From contig NZ_BAAAOK010000005.1 in assembly GCF_039530285.1 (NCBI RefSeq), forward strand, positions 289,961 through 353,960: a stretch of DNA of 64,000 nucleotides, given 5' to 3'. Origin of the DNA: Actinomadura alba (GTDB lineage: Bacteria > Actinomycetota > Actinomycetes > Streptosporangiales > Streptosporangiaceae). This document shows, piece after piece, positions 35,480 through 44,355 of the stretch (position 1 is the stretch's first letter; the number at the start of each line of letters is the position of its first letter). The position numbers and the translations under genes are program-made. Below the pieces are notes generated by a model. The model was not told the origin of the DNA and did not search any database. It worked only from the letters and a program-made list of their open reading frames with translations.

Positions 35480-35966
35480 CCGCACTGGGTGTGCGCATGG
35501 CGGCCCGCCCAGCCGCCGGGGACGTCCCGAGTGACGTGCCCGCCCAGCCTGGGCCCGCTCCCCCGCCACCGGAGTCCTCGGTGACGGGGGACACGGTGGG
35601 CGGGAGGTCAGTCCGCCACGAGGCGTGCCCTCTGCCCCTCGTGCTCGCGCTGCCGCCGCCAGCCTGTCGGAGTCCGACACGCCGGTCGTCCACCGGCAGG
35701 TGCCCGGGTCTGCGACGAGCGTGTGCGGGTTGCCCCCGGCCGCACCACGGAGGAGTTCGACCCCTTCGGGTGGCACCTCCGCCCAGTCGGCGTGGGACGA
35801 GACCCGCACGGACGGCGCGATGACGGAGAGCGGAACGAGGATGAGGTCGCCCTGGGCCTGGAGCCCGTCGACGACGGGGACGCTGACCGACCGCTCGAGG
35901 TGGTCGAGCACGGCGAGTCCGGTCTGGTGGGAGAGCGAAGCAAGGGTCACTGTCATGGTGGTCACC

Positions 35967-37049
35967 TCAGGTTCGGCGGACGAGAAGGGAGTACTGCTCG
36001 GCGGACAGCCCGTAGGTCCAACCGGCGGCGGCGATCGGATCTTCGAAGAAGCCCGGCACGGTCAGCCCGTACCGGCGGCGACGCCCATCACGTTCGACGG
36101 ACCCGTTGACCGCGAGGAGCACTCTGGTCTCCTTGCGCATGTCGTAGAGCAGCAGTTCCGAGCCGGGGTTGCCCGGGTCCGGCGCGGAGGCGACCAGCCG
36201 CAGCCCGGCCTGGTCGATGTAGGAGGCCCAGCCGATGTTCTCGATCGCGCATCGCCTGACCTCGACGTTCACCTCCCGCGCGATCCGCCGCGCACTCGGA
36301 TCCGTGACCACCCAGGAGGGCACCCGTGTCCCGTGCCAGGCGTACACGTCCCAACCGTCCGCGTAACGCACCGCCGGGCCGTCCGCACAGTGCAGCCGCA
36401 CTTCGCCGTCATCGCCCCACACCTCGATGCGCACGGCGACGGGCCGCTCGGAGACGACGCACACGCCTTCTCGCGGCCACCACGGGCCGGCCGACCGGGC
36501 CACCTGCGCCCACAGTTCGAACTGCCGGGTCTGCGCGGCGGTGAAGACCACACCGGCCGCCCTGCGTAGGGCGTCATAGTGGGCCACCCAGGAGACGCAC
36601 TGCGTCGCGTACCAGGCCATCGCCCGATGGAACTGCGAGTCGTGCGCGCCCTCGAGCGACAGAAGCAGTGACCTGTCGGAGGAACTCCGCAGCCATCCGT
36701 GTACCTCCCGGGTGACCAGCTGTTCCATCGGCCGATGGCCCCATCTGAGCCCGGTGTCGATCTGTCTGCACAGGTCTCTCATCAGCGCGCTGAACCGACG
36801 CGGCAACGGCCATTCGGCCATCCGCTCGACCGTCTCGGAGGGTCGTAGGCGCACCCCCGGCGGGACGGTCGTCAGGGCGGCGACCGGTGACGAGACCCAG
36901 TGGAAACGCGGTGGCGCAAGCCCGATCAGGCGGTACAGGCCCGAGATGGCGGCTTCGGCGGATCTGCGATCGGCGGGCAGCGTCGACAACGCCCGGCCCA
37001 GCCATTCTTCGCGGATTTCGGCAGCTTCCCGCTGCGCGAGAGCGCTCAC
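35967..37049 (-). CDS. hypothetical protein (conserved actinobacterial DUF-type, Trp-rich)
   Basis: 360 aa ORF with protein-like composition (…VEVRRCAIENIGWASYIDQAGLRLVASAPDPGNPGSELLLYDMRKETRVLLAVNGSVERDGRRRRYGLTVP…); no motif recognised. Confidence 0.5.
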   Translation of the reverse strand: MSALAQREAAEIREEWLGRALSTLPADRRSAEAAISGLYRLIGLAPPRFHWVSSPVAALTTVPPGVRLRPSETVERMAEWPLPRRFSALMRDLCRQIDTGLRWGHRPMEQLVTREVHGWLRSSSDRSLLLSLEGAHDSQFHRAMAWYATQCVSWVAHYDALRRAAGVVFTAAQTRQFELWAQVARSAGPWWPREGVCVVSERPVAVRIEVWGDDGEVRLHCADGPAVRYADGWDVYAWHGTRVPSWVVTDPSARRIAREVNVEVRRCAIENIGWASYIDQAGLRLVASAPDPGNPGSELLLYDMRKETRVLLAVNGSVERDGRRRRYGLTVPGFFEDPIAAAGWTYGLSAEQYSLLVRRT

Positions 37050-37200
37050 CGGATGAGGGTGGCGTCGTCCTTTCTAACGATCACGTCCAGATGGTGACAG
37101 ATCGACACGGCCCCTGTCCACCACGGCGTCCCGGCGGTCGCTCCGGGTCGATGATCGTTTGGGTGTTAGATTGCCGTGACTCCAATTAAGGTGGGCGGAA

Positions 37201-38400
37201 GTGGCAATCTCACGACGCGACGCGCTATTCGCAGGAGCCGTGCTCACAGGGGCCTCGTTGACCGGACCCGTATCCGCCGCCAATGCGTCCGCCACCCCGC
37301 CGGCCACGTCGCCGGGAGCGGGCGGGAAGCGCATGCGCGCCAGGGAGTTCGGCGTCACCCCCGGCGGCCTCCCCACCGGGAAGCACAACGCGATCACGGA
37401 CGTGACCGGCGTACGAGTCGGCCACGTGACCCTGAACCGCGGCAAGAACGTACGGACCGGAGTGACGGCGATCCTCCCGCACACCGGCAACCTGTTCCAG
37501 GAGAAAGTGCCAGGAGCGGTGTTCATCGGCAACGCGTTCGGGAAGCTTGCAGGTTCCACTCAGGTCCAGGAGCTCGGCACGATCGAGACGCCCATCGTGC
37601 TCACCAACACGCTCAGCGTGGGACGTGCTGTGGACGCCGTGGTCGGCTGGACACTCGAGCAGCCGGGCAACGAGGGCGTCCGCTCGGTCAACGCACTGGT
37701 CGGCGAGACCAACGACGGGACCTTGAACGACATCCGGGGCCGTCATGTCAGCGCACAAGACGTCGAGAAGGCGATCGAGAACGCCACCGAGGGACCGGTG
37801 ACCGAAGGAGCGGTCGGCGCGGGGACCGGGACGATCTGTTTCGGCTGGAAGGGCGGCGTCGGCACCGCGTCACGTGTGCTTCCCAGCGGCTACACCGTCG
37901 GCGTCCTCGTCCAGACCAACTACGGCGGCACGCTGATGATCGAAGGCGTGCCGGTCGGCGAGGAGCTCAAGCCACCGGCCGCCGCTGCGGCCGAGCCGGA
38001 CACCGGCTCGTCGGCGGACGGCTCCTGCATGATGGTGATCGCCACCGACGCGCCCCTCGGCGAGCGCAATCTCGAGCGGCTGGCCGCGAGAGCCAACTTC
38101 GGGCTGGCCCGGACGGGGTCGGCGTACTCCAACGGCAGCGGCGACTTCGCCATCGCGTTCTCGGCCGCACCAGGGCTGCGGGTGCGGCACGGGGAGACGG
38201 CCGCACGTCCGTACACCCTGCTGCCGAACGACGCGATGTCCCCCTTCTTCCAGGCGGCGCTGGAGGCCACGGAGGAGGCCGTCTACAACTCGCTCTTCAT
38301 GGCCACCACGACGACCGGCAACGGCAGGACCATCGAGGCACTCCCCCTCGACGGGGTCCGCGCGCTGTTCGAGAAGTACGGCAGGAACCCCGCGGGCTGA
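37201..38400 (+). CDS. Tat-secreted DmpA/OAT (S58) family aminopeptidase/amidase
   Basis: 399 aa; Tat motif SRRDALFAGAV; GVTAILPHTGN and GSGDFAIAFS autoproteolytic-site signatures; GTG start after AAGGTGGGCGG. Confidence 0.7.
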   Translation: MAISRRDALFAGAVLTGASLTGPVSAANASATPPATSPGAGGKRMRAREFGVTPGGLPTGKHNAITDVTGVRVGHVTLNRGKNVRTGVTAILPHTGNLFQEKVPGAVFIGNAFGKLAGSTQVQELGTIETPIVLTNTLSVGRAVDAVVGWTLEQPGNEGVRSVNALVGETNDGTLNDIRGRHVSAQDVEKAIENATEGPVTEGAVGAGTGTICFGWKGGVGTASRVLPSGYTVGVLVQTNYGGTLMIEGVPVGEELKPPAAAAAEPDTGSSADGSCMMVIATDAPLGERNLERLAARANFGLARTGSAYSNGSGDFAIAFSAAPGLRVRHGETAARPYTLLPNDAMSPFFQAALEATEEAVYNSLFMATTTTGNGRTIEALPLDGVRALFEKYGRNPAG

Positions 38401-38592
38401 CCCGCGGGGTGTCTTCGACGGCGGCCCGGCGTGGCTCCGGTCGACTCATGGTTCGCCGGAACCACGCCGAGCAACCGTTCGAACGCGCCGGAATGATCGG
38501 CACAGGCGTCTACATGCGCATGACACCGACCATGTCCGGACTCCGCCCCGCGGGAGCGCGGGGCCGGCCGACGACGTGGAGATGGCGCGGCA

Positions 38593-39330
38593 CTATGACG
38601 CGGCGGGCCGTCCGTGGTGGTGATGTTGCGGCCGCACGACCGGACGCGACAACCCGGGGTGGTGCTGATGGTGATGTTGCGGCCGGACGATCGGGCGCGA
38701 CCATCCGGGGTGGTGATGGTGATGGTGGTACGGGGGTCCGATCGGACGCGACCATCCCGGGTGCGGCAGCACGACGACCGGACGCGTCACGCCAGGCTGG
38801 TACTGCGGTACGACCATCAGCGTCTCGGCCACCGGGCGTGGGAGGCGCGGCACGCACTGCACGGTGACATCGCCGGTGACCGGGGTGTTCACGTTGAGCG
38901 TGATGCTGTTGACACTCAGCAGATCGGTTCCGGGTGCGGCCGGCGCCCAGTCGCCGGTGAGGTCACCAGAGATCGGCTGTCGTGCCGGCACGAACCCTCC
39001 AGAGCCGGTCAGCTGGAACGACGTGCTCTCCGCGCCACTGACGTCGACCCACGCGGACGCGTTCCAGGAGCCGATGGCGACCGGTGAGCCCAGGTTCAGG
39101 CGGGAGATGTGCAGCCGGAAGCCGGCCGGGCTGCCGGCGGCCGTCTGCCCCGGTGAGGTCAGCCAGCCGTCGAGGCCGACGATTCGCGATCCCAGTACCG
39201 GAACGGTGCACGTGTAGGCCGCGGAGAAGCTACCGGCGTGTGCGGGTTTCTGAGCGGCGATGGCCATGAGGCCACCGAGTGCGGCGACCGTGGCGGCGAC
39301 CACGGCGTGCTTGCCGAGCGAGGTGATCAT
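38593..39330 (-). CDS. secreted protein with C-terminal His-rich tandem repeats (PGWSRPxxxPxHHHH)
   Basis: 245 aa; signal peptide MITSLGKHAVVAATVAALGGLMAIAAQKPAHA (GAAGGAG SD); C-terminus PHPGWSRPIGPPYHHHHHHPGWSRPIVRPQHHHQHHPGLSRPVVRPQHHHHGRP. Confidence 0.55.
   Translation of the reverse strand: MITSLGKHAVVAATVAALGGLMAIAAQKPAHAGSFSAAYTCTVPVLGSRIVGLDGWLTSPGQTAAGSPAGFRLHISRLNLGSPVAIGSWNASAWVDVSGAESTSFQLTGSGGFVPARQPISGDLTGDWAPAAPGTDLLSVNSITLNVNTPVTGDVTVQCVPRLPRPVAETLMVVPQYQPGVTRPVVVLPHPGWSRPIGPPYHHHHHHPGWSRPIVRPQHHHQHHPGLSRPVVRPQHHHHGRPAAS
38617..38810. repeat. Imperfect ~45-51-bp tandem repeats (about 4 units) encoding the His-rich repeats
   Basis: Units …GGTGGTGATGTTGCGGCCG(C/G)ACGA(C/T)CGG(A/G)CGCGAC(A/C)A(C/T)CCGG… seen directly. 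Confidence 0.55.
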
Positions 39331-39555
39331 CTGAGCTCCTTCGGAGTTCCGTCTCAGAGATCGACGTCATCATGAGCGCACGGTCGGGCGCGGGCTTGGC
39401 ACGGCCCCTTTTGCCGGTGCTGTTGACGATCAGTACCGACCGGTGATCGAACCATGACATGCCGCATCGAGAATCCGGCTAGGTGGACGGCACGACCGGC
39501 GGCCGGGCCGGATCGTCCAGCGGCGGGCGTGCGGGTGCTTCGGGCCGACCGACGG

Positions 39556-40101
39556 TCAGGCTCGCGCGCGCAGTACGCGCATGGCCGCCAGAACCTCGTC
39601 GCGGTTGCCGGCGGCCTTCATCCAGGCCGGCAGCCGCTCGAGCATGCTGCCCGAACCCGTCCACGGGTGGCGCTCACGCAGACGTGCGGTCACGTACCGC
39701 TCAAGAAGCTCCAGATGAGCGGCGTTGTAGGCCCACAGCACCCGCCCGCCACAGCACGGACGCCGTAGCCACAGCGGCAGCCCGAAGAACGGATCGTCCG
39801 GCCCCGTCAGGCGGGGAACGGCCACCGAACCGCCGCCGAAGAAGTACACGTCGCGGTCGCCGGGACGCATTGGGCGGGGCGACCATTCGTCGGTGTGCCC
39901 GCAACCCGGGCAGCTCAGCCGGTGCGGCGCGGTGAGCAGGGCGACGGCGTACCGCTGATCTTCACGATGGTCGGGATGGACGACGACCACCGCCCGGCCG
40001 GCGCAACGAGGGCAGCGTACGAGGATCTCCTGGGCGAACCGCCACAACCGCGACCCGGGATCGCGGAAGCGGTCGTCGCCCGTCTCCCCTGCCTCGCCCA
40101 T
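39556..40101 (-). CDS. hypothetical zinc-ribbon protein
   Basis: 181 aa; CxxC...CxxC (CPRCAG...CPGCGH) plus RPCCGGR; no further assignment. Confidence 0.45.
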   Translation of the reverse strand: MGEAGETGDDRFRDPGSRLWRFAQEILVRCPRCAGRAVVVVHPDHREDQRYAVALLTAPHRLSCPGCGHTDEWSPRPMRPGDRDVYFFGGGSVAVPRLTGPDDPFFGLPLWLRRPCCGGRVLWAYNAAHLELLERYVTARLRERHPWTGSGSMLERLPAWMKAAGNRDEVLAAMRVLRARA

Positions 40102-40486
40102 GCCTCATGATCGTAGCCTCGGCCGCCCGCACTGCCAGCGGCAAGTCGATGCCCAGCCGCTCTTTCGTGCGGATACAAGACAGTCCCACTCAGGCGATCA
40201 TCACAGCACGGCGTCAACTGGACACAATCGGCAATGAACGGTCGGTCAAGCCCTTGGTTTGTGCAGTGAGGCGCCGGTACGCTCTGAGGCGCTGTAAATC
40301 TAAATGCCGCACGTTGTGAGGGAAGTCGGCTGACACCGGTCCGCCGGATCCCACTCTGTGCAATGGGCGCCGGACTCGTACACGTTAGGTGACCTGGGTT
40401 TATTCGCAATTGGCGCCACCGTGGCGGCCCTGCGGCCACGACCCTAGGTCCTTGCCTTTCACCGGCGCGGGGTGAGGAGGAGACCA

Positions 40487-40618
40487 GTGACCGAACCTGA
40501 GCCCGAGATCGAGGGTGTCGAGGAGATCGACGTGCCCGAGGTTCCGGAGCCCGAGGACCCCGAGGAGGGCGTCATCGATCCCGGCGACACCCATGTCGAG
40601 GGGGTCGACGCGAAATGA
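40487..40618 (+). CDS. small acidic peptide (43 aa, pI very low)
   Basis: GTG after GGTGAGGAGGAG SD: MTEPEPEIEGVEEIDVPEVPEPEDPEEGVIDPGDTHVEGVDAK; stop TGA overlaps next ATG (ATGA); below ORF-track size cutoff. Confidence 0.3.
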   Translation: MTEPEPEIEGVEEIDVPEVPEPEDPEEGVIDPGDTHVEGVDAK

Positions 40619-40719
40619 AACTGGAGAAGCACTCGGTGTTCGGCTGGCCCACGAGCGGCGCGGGTTCCACCTCGCCGCGCAACGGAATCGCCGTTCAGCA
40701 CAATTCCCAGGGTAAATCA
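40615..40719 (+). pseudogene. 5' fragment (~35 codons) of a PGRP/amidase_2 peptidoglycan amidase gene, truncated by the downstream Endo VII gene
   Basis: MKLEKHSVFGWPTSGAGSTSPRNGIAVQHNSQG matches N-terminus of intact amidase at 41293 (MKIEKRSVFGWPSSGAGHAAPKNGIAIHYDGSNQG); frame then degenerates. Confidence 0.4.
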
Positions 40720-40733
40720 ACTAAAATTGAGCC

Positions 40734-41303
40734 ATGGAAATGCCCCTCACAACTAAGCGTTGTGTCGCGTGTGAATCAGAGAAGCCCCTCTCTGATTTCC
40801 ATCGCAGGTCGGTCTCTCCTGACGGCAGGCACTATTACTGCAAGTCGTGCCGCAGGGACATGCGGTTAAAGCGCTATGAGCCACACCGGAAGAAGCCGAT
40901 CCTGCCGGACGGTCTGCGGCGCTGTGGCGGGTGCATGACCGTGAAGCCGATCGCCGAGTTCGCAAACGGTGGGCGCGGCGGCTGCAAGGACTGCGCCGCC
41001 GCCCGGCAGCTCAAGTATCTGTACGGAATCACCGTCGCGGAGTACGAGGCGCTGCTGGCTGCGCAAGGTGGCCAGTGTGGGATCTGCGGCGTGGGTGAAT
41101 GCCTGAGCGGCCAGAGGTTCTCGGTTGACCACGATCATTCGTGTTGCCCCAAGCGCTCGTGCGGCAAGTGCGTTCGAGGGCTCCTGTGTCGGCACTGCAA
41201 CGCCGCCCTTGGCCTGTTCCGAGACTCGCCAGAACTGCTGGCGCGCGCGCAATCGTGGCTCCGGCCCAATGGAGTTATGAAGGGACCGGGTAATGAAGAT
41301 TGA
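40734..41303 (+). CDS. phage T4 endonuclease VII-family nuclease (free-standing HNH-like/homing-type)
   Basis: 189 aa; Endo VII signature FSVDHDHSCCPKRSCGKCVRGLLCRHCNAALGLF plus N-terminal Cys4 (CVACE...CKSCR); local GC drops to ~55%. Confidence 0.75.
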   Translation: MEMPLTTKRCVACESEKPLSDFHRRSVSPDGRHYYCKSCRRDMRLKRYEPHRKKPILPDGLRRCGGCMTVKPIAEFANGGRGGCKDCAAARQLKYLYGITVAEYEALLAAQGGQCGICGVGECLSGQRFSVDHDHSCCPKRSCGKCVRGLLCRHCNAALGLFRDSPELLARAQSWLRPNGVMKGPGNED

Positions 41304-42033
41304 GAAGCGGTCGGTGTTTGGTTGGCCATCCAGCGGTGCTGGCCATGCTGCGCCGAAGAATGGGATTGCCATTCACTACGACGGGTCGAATCAGGGGCTG
41401 GCGAAGAAGAGTCATTCCGCGTGCCGTACCTACTGGGCCCGAACCCGCAAGTTCCACATGGGCCCGAGCCGGAGATGGGCCGATGTCGGATACAGCTTTG
41501 CGGTCTGTCCACATGGAATCGTCCTCGAGGGCCGCGGGCTCAACAAGGTCCAGGCCGCGCAGCCCGGCGGAAATGCCACCTGGTACTCGGTGACGTTCAT
41601 GAGCGGCCCGTCCGAGTCGCCGACGGCCGCTCAGATCAACGCGTTCCGGGAGTTGCGGGCCTGGCTCAGAGGCAAGGGCGTCAAGGCGGCACTGAAACCG
41701 CACAGTGCTTTCATCTCGACGTCGTGCTGCGGGGACATCCTCCGCCGTCTGATCAGCAACGGAACCCTCGCCTCGACCAAACCTTTCGAAGAGGAGCTGG
41801 ACATGGATGCCCAGGACGTGTTCAAGGCCGTATGGGAGCGGGACTCCATCCCCGCCCCTCCCGGTGGCCCGAGCGGCCCGAACTGGAAGGGCGCGTCCTT
41901 CTTGACGAACACCTACCGCGACATGGCGAAGGCCTCCGAGGTCAAGGCCCTACGCACCGAGGTCAGCGAGTTGAAGTCCGAGCTCGCCGAAATCAAGGAA
42001 CTGCTCAGCGCCGCCCTGCCCCCCAAGGAGTGA
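41293..42033 (+). CDS. N-acetylmuramoyl-L-alanine amidase (PGRP/amidase_2 domain) with C-terminal coiled coil
   Basis: 246 aa; Zn-ligand/conserved positions IAIHYDGS, WADVGYSFAV, KPHSAFISTSCCGD align with T7 lysozyme motifs; C-terminal EVKALRTEVSELKSELAEIKELL. Confidence 0.7.
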   Translation: MKIEKRSVFGWPSSGAGHAAPKNGIAIHYDGSNQGLAKKSHSACRTYWARTRKFHMGPSRRWADVGYSFAVCPHGIVLEGRGLNKVQAAQPGGNATWYSVTFMSGPSESPTAAQINAFRELRAWLRGKGVKAALKPHSAFISTSCCGDILRRLISNGTLASTKPFEEELDMDAQDVFKAVWERDSIPAPPGGPSGPNWKGASFLTNTYRDMAKASEVKALRTEVSELKSELAEIKELLSAALPPKE

Positions 42034-42377
42034 CGAGTCCCGGCGGCGGCGTTGTCGAGCTGATCCGCACCAGCGTGCCGCACACGGCATCGCGGCGTGC
42101 CGGCCTCGCCGCCGCCTGACACCTCTCGGGCCCGATCCACGCCGACGCCTTGAGGCGCCAGGGGCCCGGACTCGGTGAAATACATGCGCGATTCTCAGGA
42201 CATCTCGAATCACTGTTTACTGTGGCCCCAAATAAGACAATCAATAAGAGTGACCGTTCATCCACAGGACGCACGGCCTCAAGGGTCTATCGTGAAAGCG
42301 GGTCGATTGTCCTGAGTGGAACAGGGGCTGCTCGGTATAAGCGGTGAGCCTGCCCAGTACCGGTGAGGAGGCGCCCG

Positions 42378-43163
42378 GTGCGCCCGGAGATCGTTATTGG
42401 GATTCTGTCCGTCATCGCCACCATCTCAGCGGCGCTGATCCAGCGCAGTTGGAACTGGCGGTCCAGGCGATTTCCGCGCAGCCGTGAGGCGCTGACCTTC
42501 GGTGCGATTCAGGAGAGCGGATCGTTCAGCCTCGACGAGGTCGCGAAAGTTCTCGATCTGCGGAACAGTCCGGGATCGCCGGGGCAGGCCGTGCTGAACG
42601 ACACCTACCTCGTCCGGCGCCAGTCCGAGAAGGGAAACGGACTGGTCTCGATCTACAGCACCAGCGGGGAACTGGAGGGCGACTGCCTCAGCCATCCGCA
42701 CAATCACACCTGGGGCCCGTACGGTTCTGCGCACATGAGGGTCAACCGCGCGATGGCCGTCGACCTCTCCCATCTCGCCGATCAGAGCGTCACGCGAGTC
42801 GTCCACCAGGTCGTCTTCACGGGCGCCTACGACAACACGCCGACGGAGAACTTCGAGACCCATATCGAGCGGCCGACCCGCGCGCTGGTGTTCATCCTGC
42901 TGTTCTCGGCGGACCGTCCGTGCACCAGCGTCACCGGGCACCTTCAGGTCGGCAGGCGGCAACGAACGCCGACGGATCGGGAGAGAGGCCCCGTCCTGCT
43001 TCGACAGGGCACGATCGCCTATTGGCGCATCGTTCCCAACAAAGGTGAGTGGCTTCCGGAGGAGGCCAATTATCGGATCGAATGGAACTGGCGGTCAAGG
43101 CGGCTCGGCTCCGAAGACGATACCGGAGAATCGGCGGCCGACGGTGTGCAGGGGGCGCAGTGA
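42378..43163 (+). CDS. hypothetical membrane-anchored protein
   Basis: GTG 42378 after GGTGAGGAGG; N-terminal TM IVIGILSVIATISAALI; motif WNWRSRR occurs near both termini. Confidence 0.45.
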   Translation: MRPEIVIGILSVIATISAALIQRSWNWRSRRFPRSREALTFGAIQESGSFSLDEVAKVLDLRNSPGSPGQAVLNDTYLVRRQSEKGNGLVSIYSTSGELEGDCLSHPHNHTWGPYGSAHMRVNRAMAVDLSHLADQSVTRVVHQVVFTGAYDNTPTENFETHIERPTRALVFILLFSADRPCTSVTGHLQVGRRQRTPTDRERGPVLLRQGTIAYWRIVPNKGEWLPEEANYRIEWNWRSRRLGSEDDTGESAADGVQGAQ

Positions 43164-44191
43164 TCGGATCGTCGACAGCGGGGCGAGCGGACGGCGTGGC
43201 ATCAGCCGATCAGATCGATTTCTGGCGGCCGGCTCGGAAATTCCCGGAGCACTACCCGGGCGAATGCCCGCTTGCGGACTACCTTTTGTGGAATCGGCAC
43301 GTTCACCCGCTCGAGTACAGCGACACGGCCGGATTCGTCATCGGCGGCAACGAGCATCGGTCACTGGACGACCTGCTGGCCGCACTGGAACTTCCCGGCC
43401 TGGCGGAACGCACTCCCGTCCTCGCCTATGGGGCCAACCGGAATCCGGCGACGCTGCATGTCAAGCTCCTGAACTACGGTTACCGATCACCCAACGGCAC
43501 GGATTGGTGCGTCCCGGTGTTGCGTGGAGAACTGCACGGTGCGGACGTCGCCGTCGCGGGGCTGCACGGTCACGGCTATCTCTACGGAGAACTACTGCTG
43601 AACACCGAGTACAGCCGTGACGCGGTGCTACAGGCGCGCATCTGCCTGGTCGACGCCGACCAACTCCGGGTTCTCAATGACAGCGAGGAGATCAGAGAAG
43701 GCAGCTACCATCTGGCGCGGATCCCCCGGACCCGGCTCGTCAGCACGGGAGCGCCGGTGCAGACGCTGGGATACGTCGCCAACGCCCACACCTGGTCGTC
43801 GCCCGTCCACGGGACACCGATCGGATACACCTCCGTCCAGGCCACCGGCCGCAGGTACCCGTCGATGACCGCGACCGACGGCCTGGCCCATGCGCTCGAC
43901 GCGCTCGACATCCGGAGGCAGGTCAGCGCACTGTCCGGCATCGCCGACGACGACCGGATGGCGGCCGAGCTGGCAAAGTACCTGAACGGCCAGTGGTGGT
44001 ACCGGTTCCAGACCGGTCAGGCACCCATCGCCGGCTACGAGAGCATCCTGGAAATCTTCCGCGCCGCGATGGCCGACAGCAGCCTGCCCGTCCGCACCTA
44101 TGACCACCTCGCCGAACTGGGTCAGATCATTCCTGTCGAAGCCGCCTACTCCCCCGACAACCTGCTTGGCCGGGTCCAGCCGAACGACTAG
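43160..44191 (+). CDS. hypothetical protein with N-terminal gamma-glutamylcyclotransferase-like (AIG2/GGCT) domain
   Basis: GTG overlapping upstream stop (GTGA); VLAYGANRNPATLHVKL resembles YGSN motif of GGCT fold; C-terminal ~170 aa unknown. Confidence 0.45.
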   Translation: MIGSSTAGRADGVASADQIDFWRPARKFPEHYPGECPLADYLLWNRHVHPLEYSDTAGFVIGGNEHRSLDDLLAALELPGLAERTPVLAYGANRNPATLHVKLLNYGYRSPNGTDWCVPVLRGELHGADVAVAGLHGHGYLYGELLLNTEYSRDAVLQARICLVDADQLRVLNDSEEIREGSYHLARIPRTRLVSTGAPVQTLGYVANAHTWSSPVHGTPIGYTSVQATGRRYPSMTATDGLAHALDALDIRRQVSALSGIADDDRMAAELAKYLNGQWWYRFQTGQAPIAGYESILEIFRAAMADSSLPVRTYDHLAELGQIIPVEAAYSPDNLLGRVQPND

Positions 44192-44355
44192 CGGCTGGCC
44201 CTCAGCCTGCTCAAGGTCGGCTAACGATCGATCGGCGCGCCCTTCCCGGGTGCCGTCGTGTCGTCACATGCCCAGTGATCCTTCAGCTACTTGACACTGC
44301 ACGACAAGTACTGGACGATCGCCGTCAAGTGGCGACAGGGCGAAGGGGATGCAAG

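Noticed and set aside
38617-38810. Tandem repeats considered as a possible CRISPR array
   Set aside because: The units are imperfect, contiguous (no spacers), ~48 bp and lie inside an ORF encoding His-rich peptide repeats. They are not CRISPR.
40102-40486. Low-GC noncoding stretch examined for tRNA / attachment site
   Set aside because: No cloverleaf-compatible sequence or flanking direct repeat could be recognised by eye. Left unannotated.
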